A stretch of DNA of 64,000 bases, taken from positions 124,001 to 188,000 of the forward strand of contig NW_019029009.1 in the NCBI RefSeq assembly GCF_002105155.1. The letters run 5' to 3'. Source of the DNA: Lobosporangium transversale (Eukaryota). How positions within the stretch are numbered: position 1 is the stretch's first letter; every line of letters begins with the position of its first letter. The position numbers and the translations under genes were made by a program. Positions 1 through 10,571 of the stretch are shown here, one piece after another. A model generated the notes under the pieces. The model was given only the letters and a program-made list of their open reading frames with translations, was not told the origin of the DNA and did not search any database.

Positions 1-11
1 CAGAGTCATAC

Positions 12-2104
12 CGGCATGGCAGGACTGGATGGGTGAACTTGCAAGCCTTGTTGGTGCAATTGGGCCAGAATCGACAGCGAGACTTCATCTTGACTCGATC
101 ATTTGGTTGGGTCTGCGATTGCAATTGAAGCTGCATAGCAGGATCCATTGCCCAAATATGGCTTTGGTCTGAGGGACAGAATTATAAGGGGAGTATGAAT
201 TAGGATCAGCTAATGAATTGGGATCAAGGGTGTTTAACACCAGACAGTTGGGCAGCCACGAGAAATTACCGTTCATGATCGGAGCGTTACTTCGCGAATT
301 AACATCAGAGGCCGTTGCAAAGGAGGCATCGGTAGGGCGGGGTAGCCATGAAGGCGTAAAGATCGCAGCATTGGTATTTAACGTATGGTTTGTACCTGAG
401 TATGACAAAATGAAACAAGACAAAACAAAAATTGAACATCAATTGAGAACAGAGCAGTTCCATTGAGTGACTGTATGGACCGTAACCAAAAATAGTTCCT
501 TACGAGCAGTAAATGATTCATTAGTTTGGTTGCTCATTCCCGAAGCAATAGAAACCTCGTTCATTTGTTCCGATGCAGTCAACGCACTTCCTGACGATGC
601 TGGGGTGAAAGATGTTAGCGATGATGGTTGCGACAAGGAAGAAGTGGTAAATGAATCGAGTCCTTTGTAAGGCGAGGCAGCCTCCGCGATCGTCAATGCC
701 TTTTCAATTCTCTCCACAGCTTCGATTCGCACTGGGAATTCTTCATTAAGGATCTTTGAAGTCTCGGATGGCAAAGGCATGTCTAGGACAGAAGTATGGC
801 GCTCAACCTCTTCAGGATGATTGTCATTCTGTTGTACTTTCAGGAAACTTTCTGTGATCGTCACTACTTCTTGCTGCTGATGCTGCTCCTCCGTCTCTAC
901 CTCGCTCTGTCCCTCCTCTTTCTCTACCATTACCGGCTCGTCTTCGTCCTCTTCCTCCTCTACCACCACCGCCTCTTCCTCTGCCATCTCCTCCTCCACT
1001 TTTTCCTCCGCTTTCTCCTCCACTGACTGATCCTCTTCCACTTGTTGATCATGATCTTCCTCTACCTTCTCCTCTACCTTCTCTACTTCCTCCTCTACCT
1101 TCTCTTCGTCTATCTTCTCTTTAACTTGCTGATCCTTATTGGTATCTTCTTCCTGGGACTCAACGATCTCCTGGCCCAAGACTTCCTTTGTTGCAACGAC
1201 CTCATCCTTCTCCTTCTCTTCCTCCAGATGTGTTTCCTCTATAACTATGCTCTCCTGAACTAAAGCAATGCTCTAAATCCGAGTAGGTACGAGAATAAAA
1301 CCTCAATTTTAAATGCTATATTTATATATATATTCAATAGACAGAATGGTGTTTTACCTGCTGAACAATATCCTCTCCAGTCTTAATGATGCCATCCACG
1401 ACCACTTCTATCATGAGTAAAATTACAAAAAAAAAAAAAAAAAAAAAAAGGTGGTGTTAGAAACAGTAAGAATCGTACACATTTTCCTTAAAGCTGTTTT
1501 GCCATATTATGGCGAATAAAAACTTTCAATCGTGTGAAAATGGGAAAGTTTGAATGAAGGATTTCAATCTCATTGATTCCTGGTTGTTTACTTCCGACAA
1601 GAAGAGGCCAGTATTTCTTTGTGAGCATTTTTTTTTTTTTTTTTTTTTACCTTTCACAAATAGTGAAGTTTCCTTTTCCACATATTCCGAATTCTCCTGA
1701 ATCCCCTTGCTAGTAACAACAGGCTTGGATTGTTCGATCTCCTCATGTACGATCACATGAGCGTACTGAGTATCGGCAGATTGTTTTTGTTCCTGCCTCT
1801 GTTCCTGTCCCTGTTCTTGTTCCTGTCCCTGCTCCTGTTGCTTAAACTCTTCGTCTTTCTTCTTAATTCCGCTACTATCTTTGCGATTGTCGATTTGGTC
1901 GCCAGTACTATCGGATTGACTCTTTTTAACAGTTTTACTCTTGGTGGAGACAGTAGTAGTGCTTGACGTTGATGTTGAAGTCGTAGGCGGACGAGGAGGC
2001 GAAGACGATGTTGCTGACCAGATCAAATAAACGGCAAGGCCGCCAATGAGGGCAGCTGCGCCAAGTCGTACCGCGTTATTGTTGGCTAAAGAGTTGTTTG
2101 CCAT
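12..2104 (-). CDS. Multi-exon protein, 3' end runs off the window: N-terminal hydrophobic anchor, long acidic low-complexity region, PAM2-like motif, Nab2-type CCCH zinc finger
   Basis: Manually spliced exons 2104-1651, 1407-1358, 1259-504, 395-270, 168-12 with GT..AG borders; frame checked across the last junctions. Contains LGAAALIGGLAVYLIW, TLNTNAAIFTPSW and CRFWPNCTNKACKFTHP. Confidence 0.75.
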
Positions 2105-3903
2105 TTTCAGACGTGTTTTTTTATATCTTTAGTCTTGATCTTTAACAGATAAAGAAACAATTGATTGTCGCCTTTTTTTTTCTTATTTGACTGGTTCCTT
2201 TGCTGTGTTCGTTACTGAGCAATCCTCTCCGAATTGTAAATAGCAATGTGAGAAGAGGCTAGAGGCAGCGATTTACTTCAAAAGAAATAAATAAAAAAGG
2301 ATAATGTGAATGAGATTCGAAGAAAGAAGGAAGAAAAAAAAAAAAAAAAGGGGAAATCAGATCTCTCTCTCACTTTTTGTCAAAGGTAAGGGAACGGAGT
2401 GTTTTGTTTTTTGTTTTTTGTCGCATGTCCTGCGGCAACTAGCCGGATGCGAAAATTTAAAATTGGTTTGTTTGATCGTCAAACCAACATAGAATAAGAC
2501 TGTCTAATGTTGCAATAAAACTTTGTGGAGACAAGAGATGCGTCTTTCTTTTATGAACGAAGGAAAGTAAGCAAAGGCGTTTGCTTTTTACTTTATTTTA
2601 TTTTTTTATTCATTACTGATAGAATAAAGGAAGAGACTAGATGATCAGCCTACATAGTTCGTTCAACAAGGCTTGTCATGGTGGTATATGTCCAAACCAT
2701 GTCATTTGCTCCAATATCCTTCCGCTGTCCTCTTCCTCTCCTTGCATCTATTCTTGTCTTTTAGCATGCGTTTATCGCAATCGTACCATCAGTACACAAG
2801 AAGCCAAAACATAGTGAATAGCCTTTAGGGCTGAGGGAAATCATCCACGATCTCAAGGATGGACACCGCCTCACAGCAGATCATCACCACCACGAATACT
2901 ATTCTACTACCAACAGAATATCAAATGTATGAAAATGCTAGACAAACTACGACAGCCGCGTCTATATTTAATCTTTGATTATTTAAAGACATCTATTGAT
3001 GTGGGGCAATGGTGACAGCAGTTTCTGCCAGTGAGACCAAGATTAACAAAGACGACAAAAAGCCGACCTGTAGTCACACCATTTTCGTAGCACGAGTAAG
3101 CACCAGTGACTCTACCAACAGCGATACTCCATTTAGCACTTTATCGGTCTCACTCGCATCCTAGAACCCTGTCATGTCACTGACACCAAAATACCTAACA
3201 GAAGCAGGCTTTCCCCTAGTTTCAGCCTTCTATCTCAGTCAGAAGTAAATGATATCAGGGCCGTTTCTTATAGTGTTATTGCGATCCAATATAGAAGTTT
3301 GTCCAGAGATCGTTCTTGGGATCATCGATGGCAGAATGGTGGATTCAACAGTCGATCGTTTTCTGAATCATGGGATGGACAAGGGCTCATCACATATTAT
3401 CAACAGCTGATCAGAAGCAAGAGTTACAGTAAGATCTGGCCAAAATCAAAGGATTTGGTGAAATTAACAGCAAGAAGCACCGCTATCAACATACATATCC
3501 TGCTGAGAGCTAAACAGAGCTTTTTTTTTTTTTTTTTTTTTTTTTGAAAAAGACTACAGTACTGGCTCACTCCGGCAAAAAAAGGGAATGACAATGACGA
3601 TGACGATGACGGCAAGTATAGAGCTAAACTGCTCTAGAATTCAGGTGAACGTCCTGCAACGACTCATGAAGTATCTCTTCCCGTCATTGGCGCATTTTGT
3701 CTGCGTTATGGCTGTATTGCAGTGCTTAACTCTTTGAAGTTTTCACATACCACGGATGATCTCAAGAGTGAATGAAATAATGTAACCTACTTAAATCAGT
3801 AGCAATAATGACAATAAACAAAACAATAGAAATTTTTCATCTAGTATCTTTCTTTGTTTTTTTTTTTTCCTAAAATGTTTTATAAGCACATCCATCTTAT
3901 ATA

Positions 3904-4840
3904 TTAATTTCTTTTTTTCTTATTCTCGCCGTATCCTTGAAACGGATCCATGCGCTTTCTCGTTGATGATGATGACGACGTTGTTGTCGCTGTCGTCCCT
4001 GCTGTTGATGATGATGAACTTGAGTCTGTTGTCTTTACATTTGAGCCTTGAATCACGTTTTTCTTCTGATCATCATCATTTTCTATTTCCTTTCCTTGTT
4101 CATCAAACTTTGAGTGTTTTCCTTCTCCTTTTGCTATCGAGGGTGCTGTTGAGTCTGGCATTGCATTCGATGCCAAAGCGCCCTTGATAAACCGCTCCGC
4201 TGCATCCTTGTCAACACTCATGCTGGGTTTGTTGCCATATGTTGCATGTCGAAGTTTCTCTGTATAGGCTTGAATTCGTTTCTGTTCAATTTTTGTTAGA
4301 TATCCAAAAAAAAAAAAAAAAAAAAAAATAAGTATAGCATTTCAAATCATACATTTTGTACAATAGATACTCCAAGGATTTGATCTGCCAATATGATTAA
4401 CATACTAGTTCACTCATAACCGGATGAGAATTAGATGGGATACCATTGGACTTTAAGTTGACTATTTTATCATTTGATGCAAAAAAAAATGTTATTATTA
4501 TTTTTTGCTTGTTTGATAAAGATAACCGTAATTCGTTTTTTTTTTTTTTTTTTTTTTTTTTTTATTGCCGCGAGTGAGCTGCTACGATCTGCAAGCAGAT
4601 AGCGGACATACTGAATGCTAGTGTATTAAGGGCATAAGCTAAAAGCAATTCGAGTTGACAGCGTTTCTCGTTATCTAGCTTAGTCAGTGTCTCTGATAAT
4701 GAGTTCGGAGCAGCAGTCAGAGGTGATATCAGTACTTCGATCTCTGCGAGTGATGATAACAACACATTAGTAGCATTCTTGTGGTTATCGGGAAGTGTTT
4801 GGCCCACTGTGCTCTCTGAAAGGTTTTTAGTCGGTGGCAT
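3904..4840 (-). CDS. RRP47: C1D/Rrp47 (Sas10/Utp3/C1D family) nuclear exosome cofactor
   Basis: Exons 4840-4612, 4461-4406, 4281-3904 give LELLLAYALNTLAFINLKSNGIPSNSHPVMSELKRIQAYTEKL...VDKDAAERFIKGAL, the C1D pattern. Confidence 0.85.
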
Positions 4841-5077
4841 TATTTATCTGTATAATAGCAATGTGTCTGCTTCTTTTTTGTAATGGTATTATAAATGCTT
4901 GATGTAAATGGTTAAAAAAATGTGGATTCTAGTCACATCAAAGGATGTAAATGGCAAAGTGATGCGATATTATGATGTCAACTAAGTTGTAAAAAAAAAA
5001 AAAAGCTCGTTTTGTTTGTTCTTGAATTAATGAAAGTCACATCAATGGTAAAAAATTATTTTTTTAAAAAATAAAAT

Positions 5078-7834
5078 CTAAGATACATCGTCTTCTAGCG
5101 TCTGTCTCTGCTGACTCTGACTATCGATTACAATCAATGAAGGCGAAGCCTCTGCTTCGTTTTCAGACAGCTCGTCTAACGGAAAAGATGGCATCGTAGG
5201 GAGAGTCGGGAGTGGTGAAGGCAAAGTCGTGATTGACTGATCTTCCGAAGGTGTTGAGCGTTTCTGACCAGATTGAACCTTTGACCAGCTGTTGTCATAA
5301 CTCTGTATAGATTGTATTTGGTTCTCATCTCCACTTGAGCGTGGTTGGCTCAGTGACCCTTCTTCGGGCTGGCTTTGGAAAGTTTCCATGCTTGGCATCG
5401 TTGGCATGGTGGGGAGTGATGTGAACGAAACTTGTGATGGTGGGGATGGGAATGAATGCGCTCTTATCTCTCGCAAGGAGTCATGAGTATCCTGACTTCT
5501 ACTTTGTTGTGTGGCCCAATTACCTTGTCCCAATTGACTCTGATCTTGACCTTGCCTTGATTGCCTTGTCCTTTCAGGCAGTGCATAAGCATATTCCGGC
5601 GCTTCAAGCACACTGTATGAAGAGGGCTCTATGGGCGAAGCCGTTGACGCGAACGACACCGGCACCGAGGCAATACTCTGAGGGAAGGCATCTTCTTGAG
5701 CTAAAATAATATCCTCTTCGTGGCTTGAACTATTCTCGTCTTCATGTGCCGGGCTTCGTTCTCTTCCAACTTGACGTTTTCCTTGGTTTCCAGGACCTTC
5801 CTCACTGTGCCTGCGTTTCCGAAGCCCTAATTCTTGCAGACATGATGACGTTAGAGCAGATGGCAATGATGGCTCCAAACTTGGCTCTCGAACATTAGCA
5901 TAATATTCTTCCTCTTTTTCGATTTCCTCTTCGTCAATTTCTTCGTTTTTATCTTTAGCATAAACGAAAGAAGGTAAGGAGGAAGCTTCCATGATCGAGC
6001 CCTGCGTTGGCTGTTGTCCTACGACGGTTGATATATCGTCATCGTTATAAGGATCTAGGTTAGTAGTTACTTTTGATGATGTTGCTGAAGCTAGTGCCAG
6101 TTCAGTCTTGGAATCGCCCATATTAGAGGCTTCATGAAACAGTGGCACTGGCGGTACAGAAGGAAATGAGCCTTCAACCAGGACGCGCTTCTCTTTGTTG
6201 GTACTCCTCTCCGGAACAGCGTCTACATCCAAGAAGGAGTCCTCCTCTCCCAACGAGGAAATTACAGTGTCTTGGGGGGCACTTGCAGGATCGGGCAATT
6301 GTGGTGGTTTTGAATTAGTTGTAGCTCCTTGATGTCTAGGGATTGCTGGGGGAGGCCGGCTAAAGACTGGCTTACGTATTTCTCGTGGCTTTGGTTCCAT
6401 AACTGCCGGTTCCTCTTGTTTTTTTGTCGAAACTGTACGGGGTTCGGTTATACGAGGAGTCAAAGCAGTTTGTTGAAGAGGCTTTGTAGCATCGTCAGTA
6501 TCATGCCTCAAAGCTTCTTTGACCTCGCCCATCCAGTCTGTGATCCTGTCTACGTGTACTGAAGGGGTGACACTAGCAAAGGTATCAGACTGCGCGCTGT
6601 TGATAGAAATAATCGAGGGTATTTTTGCTGGTGTTGCCGTCGCCCTGTGGCTACTGCGGGCTTTCTGAGAAGTAATTAAGCCTGTATTATGATCTTCATC
6701 GTGACTAGGGGCTCTTGATACGTCTTCCTTCGGTTGCACTAATCCTATATCCACTTCTTCTGGTGACGTGGCACTAACATCATTATTTTCTGTCTCCTCC
6801 CAGGAGAAGACATTCCCTATGTGCGAGGGCGAGGATGGTATCGATGAAGACAGTATGATGACTTGCTCAGGCTGATCTTTAATCCTTGATCTAGTTGACC
6901 TCGCTGGTGAGGTGAATTTCTCGGATGTGGCAACAGACGCGGAGCCGGTAGAATCACGTTGATCAGGCGCCTTTTGTGGCGGCAGAGGTTTAGCACGACT
7001 ACCCTTTGGGATAAGAGAAGCGATACTGGTAATTGGAGAGTTGGACGCTTTTTTGGTCTTATTTTTTTGTGTGGGAGTGGCTGGATTTGTACTTTTGCCA
7101 ATAATGTTATTCGTGGACTTATTTGTAACTTCAGCAGGACTTTTGAGCTTTGAACTCGTTTGTGGGTCTTTGGTCGCTCTTGCCGCCGCTACAGCAGCAG
7201 CCTTAGATGACCCGGTTGCTGGTTTGGAAGTCTCTGGTAATGTCTTTTCGTTGGTTCTGGCCTTGGAAACGGATACAGACGTTGCTGGAGGAGTGTTTTT
7301 ATTAAGCATCCGTGGTAGGAGAGAGTCGATTTTTGGCTGGAATTTGGACACCTTCTGCTGGATGGCAGCTAAAGGTTCTGGGTTGTTATTGGTCTCATTA
7401 TTGCTCGCTTTACTACTACCTCGAGTCATCCTCTTCGAGGCGACTTTCGTAGTGGCATCTCGGTTACTCAAACTATCCCCTCCGCTGCTGTCGCCTTTAT
7501 CTTTGGCCATGCTATTTGTGAGAAGAGATTGTTTGAGGTAGCGGGTATTGGAAGAAAGGGTACCAGTAGAGGTAGCAGATGCAGACGTAGACGAAAAATG
7601 TCGCTGAACGACTTGTAAGGAGCCTTTATGACTAGAAAGGTTGTAAATATTAATGGGGTCGCAGTTTTCCTGGTCGTGTGAATCAAGAAATGGGATGAGT
7701 CGTGTCTGAATAGTCTTTGCCTTTGCAGATTTTCGTTCAGATTGAATCCAATTTAAGGTCGAAAGTGGCAATATTCTCTTTCCTTCTGTCATCAGTATCA
7801 ATGATAAAAATAAAAGACATGAACGAAATACCAT
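5078..7834 (-). CDS. Hypothetical intronless, largely disordered S/T/P-rich protein with a C-terminal SQ/TQ-rich region
   Basis: Uninterrupted ORF of more than 900 codons. Start uncertain (ATG 7834, or a later one such as 7510). No recognisable domain. Confidence 0.7.
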   Translation of the reverse strand: MVFRSCLLFLSLILMTEGKRILPLSTLNWIQSERKSAKAKTIQTRLIPFLDSHDQENCDPINIYNLSSHKGSLQVVQRHFSSTSASATSTGTLSSNTRYLKQSLLTNSMAKDKGDSSGGDSLSNRDATTKVASKRMTRGSSKASNNETNNNPEPLAAIQQKVSKFQPKIDSLLPRMLNKNTPPATSVSVSKARTNEKTLPETSKPATGSSKAAAVAAARATKDPQTSSKLKSPAEVTNKSTNNIIGKSTNPATPTQKNKTKKASNSPITSIASLIPKGSRAKPLPPQKAPDQRDSTGSASVATSEKFTSPARSTRSRIKDQPEQVIILSSSIPSSPSHIGNVFSWEETENNDVSATSPEEVDIGLVQPKEDVSRAPSHDEDHNTGLITSQKARSSHRATATPAKIPSIISINSAQSDTFASVTPSVHVDRITDWMGEVKEALRHDTDDATKPLQQTALTPRITEPRTVSTKKQEEPAVMEPKPREIRKPVFSRPPPAIPRHQGATTNSKPPQLPDPASAPQDTVISSLGEEDSFLDVDAVPERSTNKEKRVLVEGSFPSVPPVPLFHEASNMGDSKTELALASATSSKVTTNLDPYNDDDISTVVGQQPTQGSIMEASSLPSFVYAKDKNEEIDEEEIEKEEEYYANVREPSLEPSLPSALTSSCLQELGLRKRRHSEEGPGNQGKRQVGRERSPAHEDENSSSHEEDIILAQEDAFPQSIASVPVSFASTASPIEPSSYSVLEAPEYAYALPERTRQSRQGQDQSQLGQGNWATQQSRSQDTHDSLREIRAHSFPSPPSQVSFTSLPTMPTMPSMETFQSQPEEGSLSQPRSSGDENQIQSIQSYDNSWSKVQSGQKRSTPSEDQSITTLPSPLPTLPTMPSFPLDELSENEAEASPSLIVIDSQSQQRQTLEDDVS

Positions 7835-7917
7835 TGTTTTACTGTAGAAAAAGCACTGTTGAATTTTGTGGTGGCAAAATGACAGGAAACAGTGGTTAAA
7901 AAGAAGAGCAAAAGACA

Positions 7918-7990
7918 AGACCGTGCCGAGGGTCGAACTCGGGTTACAGGATTCAAAGTCCTGGGTACTGGACCACTATACTACACAGTC
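7918..7990 (-). tRNA. tRNA-Gln (anticodon TTG)
   Basis: Reverse complement GACTGTGTAGTATAGTGGTCCAGTACCCAGGACTTTGAATCCTGTAACCCGAGTTCGACCCTCGGCACGGTCT: 7-bp acceptor stem, CAGGA/TCCTG anticodon stem with CTTTGAA loop, CCGAG-TTCGACC-CTCGG T arm, downstream TTTT, TATA-rich tract about 30-45 bp upstream. Confidence 0.95.
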
Positions 7991-8142
7991 CTTTTCCTCG
8001 CATGAATTCTAGAATTTAAACCTATATATAAATAGATATTACAGCTGTCAAACAGACTACTTAAGGGGAAAGACATATGGCAATCACGTGAAACTAGGCA
8101 GCAGTTTACATACTTGTCAACGACAGACCAGGTTCAGTTGAG

Positions 8143-8162
8143 GTAAGTGGGTCCGTGGCCAT
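8143..8162 (+). repeat. 20-bp target-site duplication, copy 1 (GTAAGTGGGTCCGTGGCCAT)
   Basis: Identical to 8198-8217 and 10538-10557. Confidence 0.9.
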
Positions 8163-8197
8163 CGTGGGTCCTTGTTATCAAAAAAAAAAAAAAAAAA
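8163..8197 (+). mobile_element. Extremely 5'-truncated non-LTR retrotransposon copy (last 17 nt plus A18)
   Basis: CGTGGGTCCTTGTTATC is identical to the 3' tip of the long copy (10497-10513), is followed by poly(A) and sits between two TSD copies. Confidence 0.85.
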
Positions 8198-8217
8198 GTA
8201 AGTGGGTCCGTGGCCAT
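8198..8217 (+). repeat. 20-bp target-site duplication, copy 2
   Basis: Directly follows the poly(A) of the mini copy; identical to copies 1 and 3. Confidence 0.9.
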
Positions 8218-10537
8218 GGAAAGAGGGAAGAGGGAAGAGGGAGCAATGGTTGCTAAGAAAAATAGAGCAAGAGAGGAAAAAAGAAGAGGCGGAGAGAAGG
8301 AGAGTGTGGCGACGTGAACAGTGGGTGCAAGCCAAGCAAGAAGCCGCACACTCGAAGGCTATCGAAAGAGCTCGCCGTCAAGAACGCCTACGGTTACAGG
8401 CTAGGTTTCAAAGGCTCGATGAACAAGGAAGAAGAGAACAGCGACGACGAGCGACTTTCAACCGAGCAAGACGTAGAGCACAAGAGCGAAACAAGATACG
8501 TGGACGACATGAACTCGATGAACAAGCTCTCGATAGGAGGCTCAGGACGAAAGCGCAAGAAGAGATGGACTCCTCAAGAACAAGGAATAATAAAATCCCA
8601 GAGGGTCGTCATCGGTGGTTTGGCTCCTCTGAGTGCCTAGGTGTAGAGATCCCACAGGTTGACATGGACAATATACTGCGTCAAAGAGAGAAACTATCAA
8701 CGATGAGTCAGCTAACACTTTACTCCGATGGGTCCCTTGAAGAGGCAGGAAGAAGGGCGGCGCGGATGGCTTTCGGGGTGGAGGCTCAGATAGGCCCAGA
8801 AAGCTTCTCAAATGTAGTTTCAGGTAGAGTCGATGGGTATGCTTCATCCACCAAGGCAGAGCTAGTAGGACTGTACGCAGCCATTCTAGTCAGTCCCCGT
8901 AACGTTCCAACGACTGTCTACATAGACAACATGGCGGTAGTGGTTCAGTTCAAGGACCTTGCTCAAAAGCGAGAAGCAAGCACTGAACGGCAGCGATTGC
9001 GATCCAAGTACGCAGTGTGGTGGGCAGCCATTTCGAGAGCGCTCTTTAAGCAGGGCGGGAAGGTAACTGTGAAATGGGTCAAGGGCCATGCTGGGAATAG
9101 AGGCAATATAAGGGCAGACCAAGCCGCCAAAGATGCTCATTTTAGCGAAATGTGGACAATCAAAGTACTGGAACACAACGATCTGCGCTGCCACGCTATT
9201 TTCGAGAACGAGGTGGTGGAGGATGATCTTAGACACCTGCTAAAACTCCAATCAGCAGTGAGAACACATTACTTGTGGGCGTCTCAGAACAGAGTCAGGA
9301 ATTATATTGCAGACTGGCGAGAAGTAGAATGGAAAGCAAGCCTGCATATTCTTCACGATGGCAACACGCCTAGAGGCCTCTTCACCAGCCCAGCAGATTG
9401 TCACAAGAGAGCGCACAGAATAAAGAAGGTCCATGGTATGCTTCCTACACTCACTTATATGAGGCAGTGGCGACCGGACCTGTATGAGACTGACATCTGC
9501 AGGATGTGTGAACAGGAGCAGGAGGACATAGAACACCTCTGGCGATGTCCCATGACACTGGACGAGCAATTGAAAGGTTGGAAGCAGTCCATAGAACTCA
9601 TCACGAAGGATGGCAAAAGAGCATTAGTGAAGGAGAAGAAGCTCTGGGAAGACAAACAAGGGAAAACACAGGAGCCAAACCTGAATAAAGGAGGCCCCTC
9701 GTTTACACCTGTAGCCGACAACGTGATTTGGGGCTCTTTGGAAGCGATGTTCAAGGGCGTCAGAGAGATTCGACATGCGAGCACTCTGTTTGGTGAGGAA
9801 GATGTGGATATGGGACGGAGGAACGAGGGTGAGCATGCCCACTGGACTGTCCAAGACTTGTACCACGGTTTGGTGCCGAAGGAACTGATACAAAAATGGA
9901 AGACGATCTTCAGAACCACAGCATCGATCTCAAGATACATTGTTTGCCGCTTTGTCAAGTCAATCGAGGAACTCGGCAGGACTGAAATCTGGAACAGACG
10001 CTGCAAAGTCACCGTCAACTGGGAAAGAGAAAATGGTATCACCTCTGTGAGCAAACGCGCCAGGGGACGCAACTGTGTTGGGAGGCACAGACGTAGCAGA
10101 GGTGAATTCTTTGGCTCTCACCAGGGACAACGACGAACAGCAGATGTGAAGGCGATCAGGACTGAGGCAGACCGGCGAGTGGCGGCAAGCTACCGGCAGC
10201 AGGTGGAATTGGCGATTATGGAGCGCCTGGAAAGCTGTAAATTTTTGATGATTGAGGACAGCGGCTAAAGGATGACCTTCGCGCACAACAGGCCAAGTAG
10301 GGAGTAGAGCCGTGCCACAGGCCCTCTGGGACCAAGGAAGTCTACTCAATGCTGACGTGGTTTATGAACAGGATGTAGTACTGTGGCAGTATGACGATGC
10401 GGCTTCGGTCGATTATTGGATACCGCTTTATTTGCGACCCCAGTAATGGGGCAACCCATTTATAGAGCTAACATCTAAATAAATCCTACATGACCTCGTG
10501 GGTCCTTGTTATCAAAAAAAAAAAAAAAAAAAAAAAA
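8218..10537 (+). mobile_element. 5'-truncated non-LTR (LINE) retrotransposon with RNase H and C-terminal CCHC knuckle, 3' UTR and A24 tail
   Basis: Flanked by perfect 20-bp direct repeats, poly(A) at 10514-10537, open ORF to 10268. RT and endonuclease domains are absent, consistent with 5' truncation. Confidence 0.9.
8220..10268 (+). pseudogene. Truncated retrotransposon polyprotein C-terminus: charged helical segment, RNase H, CCHC zinc knuckle
   Basis: RNase H motifs LYSDGS, SSTKAEL, VYIDN, KWVKGHAGNRGNIRAD; CRMCEQEQEDIEHLWRC; EIWNRRC. No stops, and no native start at the 5' junction. Confidence 0.85.
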
Positions 10538-10557
10538 GTAAGTGGGTCCGTGGCCAT
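10538..10557 (+). repeat. 20-bp target-site duplication, copy 3
   Basis: Directly follows the A24 tail of the long copy. Confidence 0.9.
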
Positions 10558-10571
10558 AGTAACGATGGCAA

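Noticed and set aside
2600..3800. Coding-like composition, possible pseudogene
   Set aside because: Only short frames with stops and no identifiable homology.
8143..8217. Direct repeats with a short spacer resembling a CRISPR array
   Set aside because: Eukaryotic context; the spacer is the element's 3' tip plus poly(A), so the repeats are TSDs.
8202..10268. 688-aa ORF as a host RNase H gene
   Set aside because: Intronless, starts at a GTG inside the TSD, and is bounded by poly(A) and TSDs.
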